Virus record (IMG/VR): IMGVR_UViG_3300043773_001180 | Coordinates: 1-53,067 of that record | Direction: 5' to 3' (one strand) | Length of the DNA stretch: 53,067 nt | Origin: a virus | Taxonomy: Duplodnaviria > Caudoviricetes | Part shown: positions 47,826-53,067 of the stretch, one piece after another | Layout: the number at the start of each line of letters is the position of its first letter | Position numbering within the stretch: position 1 is the first letter of the stretch | The notes under the pieces: generated by a model | Seen by the model: only the letters and a program-made list of their open reading frames with translations | What the model was told of the DNA's origin: nothing | The model's database searches: none | Position numbers and translations under genes: made by a program

Positions 47826-48621
47826 TGGTAGATTCTACATCGAATATATCATCCATTCCTTTTGCCGCCCATTCATCCAACGTTTTCTTGTAAGATGATT
47901 CCATCTTATCTTCAGTCATTTCCCATGCAACACGAAGAGAAGAATCAACATCTCTCATGCAATATTCGTTGATACTTTCGGTATCATGGTCATCCCAAAA
48001 ACGATAACAAACCTGACGACCATCCATTTCTCCCATCTTTGGATTCTCTACACCCATAAGGTCACAGATTGTACCAAACCCACTCATACCATTCACACCA
48101 ACGTTCCAATAGTCATATAGGTCAATGTGTGGTACTTCCCACGGCTTCTTACCAACGGGTATAAGAGTACGATGTGGGTAAATCTTGTTCACCAACATTC
48201 GTTTGTAAACAAAGGGGATGTCGAAGTATTTTACCCTATATCCACCCAACGGGGCATCAATATTACCAAACAAGTTTCCTAGCACTCTGTTAAACTTTAA
48301 GAGTATTTCCTTGTCTGCATACTTCTTATCCATTCCATCATATTCATCCCAATCTTTAAATCCAAAGGTTTCTCCTTCAAACTTGTTTTCAGAGTAAATC
48401 TTCCAAGCGATTGATACTACTTGTCCGTGTTCGGGGTACAACATACCATACTCTTGATATGCAAATTCAGGAGTAACGTTTGGGTATTTTAAACTTGCAC
48501 GGTAAATAAAATCCTTTGCATTAAAAGGTTCCTTCTCTAAATATTCCTCGAAGGTTTTATATCTGGTTGTTGTTTCAATATCGAAGAATAATGTGCTAAA
48601 CAATTTAGATTTCTGTATCAT
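47818..48621 (-). CDS. Stand-alone PolB-type 3'-5' exonuclease (DEDD)
   Basis: FFDIET, FDIPF, HIDLY, YCMRDV. Confidence 0.8.
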   Translation of the reverse strand: MIQKSKLFSTLFFDIETTTRYKTFEEYLEKEPFNAKDFIYRASLKYPNVTPEFAYQEYGMLYPEHGQVVSIAWKIYSENKFEGETFGFKDWDEYDGMDKKYADKEILLKFNRVLGNLFGNIDAPLGGYRVKYFDIPFVYKRMLVNKIYPHRTLIPVGKKPWEVPHIDLYDYWNVGVNGMSGFGTICDLMGVENPKMGEMDGRQVCYRFWDDHDTESINEYCMRDVDSSLRVAWEMTEDKMESSYKKTLDEWAAKGMDDIFDVESTNE

Positions 48622-48868
48622 GTTTTTTCTTTCTGTTTATGTGATAGATGATAAAGTACGTTCCAATAAGAATAATCATAAAACTAAGTGATAGTTTTAT
48701 ATCCGATAATAGTGTTAAAAAGAAAAGAATAGATAGTAACACAATCCATGTGGAGTTTGCAGTAACAAACCAACCAAGTCCTACCAAAAAAGAAATAATA
48801 CCTACAAAACTTATTAAACCTTTTTTATCTTCTTTTGATAACGACTTCCATTCATTTATGAGTTTCAT
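48605..48868 (-). CDS. Small membrane protein
   Basis: 2-3 hydrophobic segments; AAGGA upstream. Confidence 0.65.
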   Translation of the reverse strand: MKLINEWKSLSKEDKKGLISFVGIISFLVGLGWFVTANSTWIVLLSILFFLTLLSDIKLSLSFMIILIGTYFIIYHINRKKKHDTEI

Positions 48869-48871
48869 AGA

Positions 48872-49144
48872 TTATCCTTTATTACTATCTATAATTTTCT
48901 GTGAGTCTGTTTCTATCTTTAAAGTTACCCATGTTCCAATTACTGCACCAATAACTGAAAATAGAATATTCCAATGATTCTGAACAAAGTAAATTGTGTT
49001 AATAGCACCGAATGCCATAATAAGACCCGCGAGTAACGAAGAGGCAAGGGCATTCCCACTTGCTGTTCGTCTAACGTATAGTGCCCAAATCACGTCCAAT
49101 ATAAACGATGATGAAAAGCAAATGAGTGAAGAAAATAAATCCAT
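48872..49144 (-). CDS. Small membrane protein (3 TM)
   Basis: Hydrophobic; AAGGA upstream. Confidence 0.7.
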   Translation of the reverse strand: MDLFSSLICFSSSFILDVIWALYVRRTASGNALASSLLAGLIMAFGAINTIYFVQNHWNILFSVIGAVIGTWVTLKIETDSQKIIDSNKG

Positions 49145-49155
49145 GTTTTATCCTT

Positions 49156-49980
49156 TTAGTTTGTTTTTGTAATCATATCCATATAGTATTTGTAAGTTTG
49201 GTGTTGTTGGAATACTTGTTTAATTTCATTTAACGCTATCTCTGCCTCTCCTTCTGTTTGGAAACAATTACCAAGATTGTATCGGTCACGAAACATAGCA
49301 CAATTTTGAATAGTGGTTGACTGACGGATTCTACCGATTTCGTCGATAAACCAATAAGATTTACCTTCATTTGGTTTCCAACGGGGTGGTACATACGGGG
49401 TAGGAACGTTAATAACAATCGGTCTCCATACGTCTCCGTCTTTAAATGCATCAAACCAATTTATCAGATGAACTTCATTATCTTCTCCAACTACCCATAC
49501 ATCACCATCTTGAAATCGTTGAGAGTTATATCCATCGAATCCACACGGCAGTCTATCGGTTATCCAACCATCGTTATCATCCATAGGGATGAACGGTTTA
49601 ACCGACCCCGACCACGAGTCCTTTCTATTGTCGTTTGTGTTTTTCTGTCCTGTTTCCCGTCTATATGTCACACCATCATCAGATTCCGTAATTGCCCCTG
49701 CCATAAAAAATCCACCACAGATTCTAAGCCACGGTTCATCGTCCTCTACACCTTCTTCAATCCAAAAATGAAATCCACCAGAATGATAACTTCCCTTAAA
49801 TACCGTTTCTTGTAACGCTTCTTCCAACATAACCCTAAACTCGGATTCCGTAACCGAATCACCCGGTGTGTGCCACCATTTCCAACGAACCGCTTTCATT
49901 GCTGTTACACATCGTTCGACTTCAAAGTATTCTTTTATAGACTGGACTTGTTCTCTTAAAACTTCACTTCTACTTAACAT
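49156..49980 (-). CDS. Modular protein: unique N-domain plus WITDRLP and RWKP...GNCF modules
   Basis: GGAGGAG before the ATG at 49980; C-terminal half paralogous to 50170 and 50546 ORFs. Confidence 0.75.
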   Translation of the reverse strand: MLSRSEVLREQVQSIKEYFEVERCVTAMKAVRWKWWHTPGDSVTESEFRVMLEEALQETVFKGSYHSGGFHFWIEEGVEDDEPWLRICGGFFMAGAITESDDGVTYRRETGQKNTNDNRKDSWSGSVKPFIPMDDNDGWITDRLPCGFDGYNSQRFQDGDVWVVGEDNEVHLINWFDAFKDGDVWRPIVINVPTPYVPPRWKPNEGKSYWFIDEIGRIRQSTTIQNCAMFRDRYNLGNCFQTEGEAEIALNEIKQVFQQHQTYKYYMDMITKTN

Positions 49981-49984
49981 AGAT

Positions 49985-50095
49985 TTACTCTCCTCCAAAT
50001 AAATTTATAAATGCAACCAAGAATTTGTACGCAACCCATATTGTTCCTACTAAAACAGACAACATGAGAAGAATTGAAAATAGTAGTGAAATCAT
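49985..50095 (-). CDS. 36-aa hydrophobic peptide (not in ORF track)
   Basis: MISLLFSILLMLSVLVGTIWVAYKFLVAFINLFGGE; AAGGA upstream. Confidence 0.55.
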   Translation of the reverse strand: MISLLFSILLMLSVLVGTIWVAYKFLVAFINLFGGE

Positions 50096-50123
50096 TTTTG
50101 TTTTCCTTTTGTATTACTGATAC

Positions 50124-50177
50124 TTAATAATTAGACTCTTTAGGGTTCGGCAGCCTGTCGGTTATCCACTCACTCAT
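50124..50177 (-). pseudogene. Truncated fourth WITDRLP copy (MSEWITDRLPNPKESNY*)
   Basis: Start region identical to that of 50170..50553; stops after 17 codons. Confidence 0.65.
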
Positions 50178-50553
50178 TGTTCAGCTCCTTATGATAGTTT
50201 AGTAATGTCTCACGCACACGTCGCGCGGCTTCTTGGGCTTGGGCTTGGGTTTTGAAACAGTTGCCGAAGTCGTATCGTCTGAGGAAACGATATTCGTTAT
50301 CCGTAGCAATTAAACGATGCTCAAAGCCGGAGTCGGTTACATAATGGTATAGTTGCTCACTCTCAGGCTTCCACCGCTGCGGCTCTGTCTTGACGTAGGG
50401 TTTTGGCATTGCTATGTGCGTCCAAGGTTGTCCGTGCAAAACTGTACTATAATGTTGGTTTTTAAGTCCATCACATACATAGTAAACCCAAACCGTTTGA
50501 TTTACATCTCCGTCTTCTTTAGTCGGCAGTCTATCAGTTATCCACTCACTCAT
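50170..50553 (-). CDS. WITDRLP / RWKP..GNCF family protein
   Basis: Paralogue; ends LLNYHKELNNE. Confidence 0.8.
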   Translation of the reverse strand: MSEWITDRLPTKEDGDVNQTVWVYYVCDGLKNQHYSTVLHGQPWTHIAMPKPYVKTEPQRWKPESEQLYHYVTDSGFEHRLIATDNEYRFLRRYDFGNCFKTQAQAQEAARRVRETLLNYHKELNNE

Positions 50554-50923
50554 TGTTCAGCTCCTTATGATAGTTAAGTAAAAGTTCACGCACTCGGCTC
50601 GCAGCTTCCTGTGCCTGAGCCTCTGTTTGAAAGCAGTTGCCAATTGCATACCTATCATGATCACCACTAGTGCCTAGCCATGCATTGCTGAACACGCAAT
50701 GCGATACGACTGAGAAGTATATCTCGTTGACATTCGGCTTCCACCGCTGCGGCTCGGGCTTGACGTAGGACGCGGGGATTTTTATTGGCATCCAAGGCAT
50801 ACCAAGTTTAATTTCATTACGTCTTCTTAAATTTGGCAAGCCGACTATTTCCTGATACCACACAAGACCTAGAAACCCATCTTCGTATTTCGGCAGCCTG
50901 TCGGTTATCCATTCTGTATTCAT
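50546..50923 (-). CDS. WITDRLP / RWKP..GNCF family protein
   Basis: Start MNTEW at 50923 after AAGGA; ends LLNYHKELNNE. Confidence 0.8.
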   Translation of the reverse strand: MNTEWITDRLPKYEDGFLGLVWYQEIVGLPNLRRRNEIKLGMPWMPIKIPASYVKPEPQRWKPNVNEIYFSVVSHCVFSNAWLGTSGDHDRYAIGNCFQTEAQAQEAASRVRELLLNYHKELNNE

Positions 50924-50950
50924 GTTGTTAGTCCTTATTCTAAATTTAAC

Positions 50951-51051
50951 GGCACATAACAAGGGTTTTGCGTAATAGCCCTATCAAGTGTCGTGGTTAA
51001 TTTTAAGTTTCTACTAAGGGCTACTACGCAAAGCCCTGATACGTTATAGCC
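50951..51051. mobile_element. attC-like hairpin recombination site
   Basis: ...ATAAC-[19/21-bp stem]-34-nt loop-[stem]-GATAC-GTTATA... Confidence 0.65.
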
Positions 51052-51505
51052 AATAGCTACCATTCACGGTCAACACCGACTTGTATGAAGTTAACACTTT
51101 CCGAATAATAACCACTTGATTCTCCGTACCAACGAATATCTACATAGCCTTTTATCGTTGCTAATTTGTAAAATGTCCAAGTACAAGAACCCCAATCATT
51201 TGCTTCTTTGGTTTTTTTAATGTCTTCTTCGGAAGTAGGTTCGTAGTTTGAAACTTCTTCGGCTGTTAATATTGGTGTTCCGATTAAGTCATTCAAATCT
51301 CCGTTAATATCTTCAATTAAAACACTTTCACAGCAATCTTGTCCGTGATACATTTTATATTGTGTTCCATCGTCAACGATAAAAATTAATTCATCGCCAT
51401 TGTTTTTAATTTCGGTAAGTGTTTTACCCACTAAGTCTTTAAATTCTGCCATTGTATTTGTTTTTAAATTAAGTTTCTACTAATCAATCCGCTACTGGCT
51501 ATAAC
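51043..51505 (-). mobile_element. Integron-like gene cassette bounded by complementary core sites
   Basis: gttatagccaatagc (51043-57) and gctactggctataac (51491-505) are 14/15 inverted complements enclosing one ORF. Confidence 0.6.
51057..51452 (-). CDS. Conserved phage protein (DUF7448-like)
   Basis: [37 protein letters not shown]. Confidence 0.75.
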   Translation of the reverse strand: MAEFKDLVGKTLTEIKNNGDELIFIVDDGTQYKMYHGQDCCESVLIEDINGDLNDLIGTPILTAEEVSNYEPTSEEDIKKTKEANDWGSCTWTFYKLATIKGYVDIRWYGESSGYYSESVNFIQVGVDREW

Positions 51506-51538
51506 AGCAACCTTTCCATCACGAATTACTTTTTCCAT
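51464..51538 (-). pseudogene. 5' fragment (MEKVIRDGKVAV) of a gene interrupted by the cassette
   Basis: First ORF after the promoter; enters the cassette at GCT/GTT and stops at codon 25. Confidence 0.45.
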
Positions 51539-51568
51539 AGTTTTGTTGTGTTATTGATTAACGATGTA

Positions 51569-51600
51569 CAAATATAAGTAAAAAAATCCAAACCACCAAA
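51569..51600 (-). promoter_or_regulatory. Bacteroidota-type promoter TTTG-N20-TATATTTG
   Basis: Consensus match. Confidence 0.8.
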
Positions 51601-51802
51601 TTTATTTTTTAAACCCTTACACGGTAAGGAGTTAGATAAAGTTTTCCATAGCAAAAAAATTGACCTCGATAAAAAAACCGGTTTAACGCCCTATTATTAA
51701 CCCCCTCCCCCTAGGGGGTTTACGGGTAATTATACCCCCCGATCTACCCCCCCTAGACCCCCCTATTTTAGGGGTGCGCAGACCATATACCCTAGATCTA
51801 CC

Positions 51803-52324
51803 CTATTTAGACCCCATACCCCCCCTATTAAACCTACCCATTCTTCGGGGAAACATGGTTTCCAGTACCGCATGGGTACATTGTACGTCATATACGGATG
51901 CTATATGATTGGCTTCTACCTCATACGGATTGTTTTTATAGCCCATGCTATTGTTCCAACGGTAATACCAGTTACCTTTACGTGGTTGTAGGTAGTGCGT
52001 GTATTCATGTATGATAGAATTAGCAAGGTTGTATATTGTTTTGTGGCCTTGTATTCTTACCCGGATAATGTTTTCATCTGTTAGGTATTCCGCCCAAACT
52101 CCTTCACTTTGTAGTTCTGTGCAGTTCCAAGTCCATTCTATTTGAGGTAAGTTTCTTCTTGGCTTACCCAACGTTTCCTTACACCATTGTAAGGTTAGGG
52201 ATAAGAAGGTATCTATTTCGGCTTCGGTTAAGTTACCGCCCAAATGATACATAGGTATAGTCTTGCTACGCTTGGGTGTATGAGTTGGTAGTCTTAGTTT
52301 CTTTAGACGTTTGGTTTTAAGCAT
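51803..52324 (-). CDS. Zincin-like metallopeptidase
   Basis: IIHEYTHYLQ...NPYEVEA. Confidence 0.7.
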   Translation of the reverse strand: MLKTKRLKKLRLPTHTPKRSKTIPMYHLGGNLTEAEIDTFLSLTLQWCKETLGKPRRNLPQIEWTWNCTELQSEGVWAEYLTDENIIRVRIQGHKTIYNLANSIIHEYTHYLQPRKGNWYYRWNNSMGYKNNPYEVEANHIASVYDVQCTHAVLETMFPRRMGRFNRGGMGSK

Positions 52325-52517
52325 TACCGGCCCTTTCTTGTCTTATGGGTAATTGTAGTCCACCACCAACAGAGTTCCCCACGGAGTCCAACACGGAGTT
52401 CCACACGGAATACTCCACGGAGATCAACACGGAGTTCCACACGGAGTTCCGCACGGAGTTATACATGGGGATCTCCACAGATTCCAAAATCTTATGTCTA
52501 ACATTCTCTAAGTTCAT
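52317..52517 (-). CDS. Small protein with xSVx tetrapeptide (12-bp) repeats
   Basis: NSVRNSVWNSVLISVEYSVWNSVLDSVGNSVG; acggagttccac-like units at about 52370-52460. Confidence 0.65.
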   Translation of the reverse strand: MNLENVRHKILESVEIPMYNSVRNSVWNSVLISVEYSVWNSVLDSVGNSVGGGLQLPIRQERAGNA

Positions 52518-52847
52518 TTACCGGCCCTTTCTAAGGTTAGACTTCCATAGATATTGGAATACGTTAGCCCATCCTATTCCATTCGGAAAGTCATATTTCC
52601 AAAAGGTTTTTGTACCGAAATGTTTTGAGGTAACTGTTTCAGGTTTACCACCCAACATACCACGACCAACTGAATCAAACCACATAAGGAATCGTCTATA
52701 CTCTTGTAGTATATTGATTCCATAACAGAATGATTGAACATACTTCCTAGCCTCTGGATAGGTCTTTAGGAATTGAATGACATCTTGTTCAGATACCACG
52801 TGAACTATGTATTGTTCCGAGGCGGGCGGGAGTTTACGTCTTCTCAT
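52518..52847 (-). CDS. Hypothetical early protein
   Basis: First ORF after a promoter. Confidence 0.65.
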   Translation of the reverse strand: MRRRKLPPASEQYIVHVVSEQDVIQFLKTYPEARKYVQSFCYGINILQEYRRFLMWFDSVGRGMLGGKPETVTSKHFGTKTFWKYDFPNGIGWANVFQYLWKSNLRKGR

Positions 52848-52884
52848 GTGTGTGTAATAAGTGAATAGTCTTTTTTACCGAATA

Positions 52885-52916
52885 CAAATCTACGAAATGT
52901 TTGGGACATTACCAAT
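52885..52916 (-). promoter_or_regulatory. Bacteroidota-type promoter ATTG-N20-TAGATTTG
   Basis: -7 consensus with conserved spacing. Confidence 0.65.
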
Positions 52917-52955
52917 TAATTTTTGTTCATATACCAAATTTTTTTTCTTTTTGAG

Positions 52956-52982
52956 GTAAGTCATTGAGTTTATTGGACTTAG
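52956..52982. repeat. GTAAGT-N15-ACTTAG palindrome
   Basis: Same family as the 42811 and 46335 copies. Confidence 0.7.
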
Positions 52983-53067
52983 GAAAAATGAACAAAGATT
53001 AATCAAAAATTGTTTTGGTATTCATAATCTCTTCCGTATCTTTGTATTGTAAGTTTAACCACACACA

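Noticed and set aside
50923-50962. ORF-track N-terminal extension MLCAVKF.. of 50546..50962
   Set aside because: It lies inside the attC-like end; paralogy and the ribosome-binding site support a start at 50923
2332-52725. Numerous short + strand ORFs in the track
   Set aside because: Antisense to well-supported - strand genes, with no recognisable motifs
1-53067. Alternative genetic code (stop-codon reassignment)
   Set aside because: Genes are full-length and tightly packed under the standard code, and TAA, TAG and TGA all serve as stops
1-53067. tRNA/rRNA genes, introns, inteins, IS elements
   Set aside because: No cloverleaf, splicing motifs or transposase recognised by eye; a covariance search would be needed to exclude small RNAs

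Overview
A 53-kb segment of a large, AT-rich tailed phage (myovirus-like), with essentially all real genes on the - strand. In transcription order (right to left) it contains: a mosaic early/accessory region (~40-53 kb); a nucleotide/stress/repair block (5'-nucleotidase, ThyX, Hsp20, UvsE, ClpP); a gp55-like late sigma factor; a baseplate/tail module (gp5-, gp25-, gp6-like proteins and five tandem paralogues); a T7-type endonuclease I; three small genes sharing an MIKLKDILxE leader; a primase; a single-chain Mre11-Rad50 (SbcD-SbcC) fusion; and a >1330-aa Gly-X-X repeat fibre that runs off the left edge and is absent from the ORF track. Eight TTG-N20-TAnnTTTG-type promoters, plus FISUMP-, DUF4494- and DUF6150-like genes, point to a Bacteroidota/FCB host. 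The most notable observations are: (1) a late-expressed array of leader-tagged proteins, two with ADP-ribosyltransferase-like motifs, which may be capsid-packaged effectors; (2) an integron-type attC hairpin and a complete gene cassette apparently inserted at a GTT inside a phage gene; (3) a recurring ~27-bp palindrome beside early promoters; (4) an apparently split tail-collar domain with five alternative C-terminal halves; (5) strong [ST]-[GAS]-S enrichment in virion proteins. All family assignments are by eye from motifs; no searches were run.
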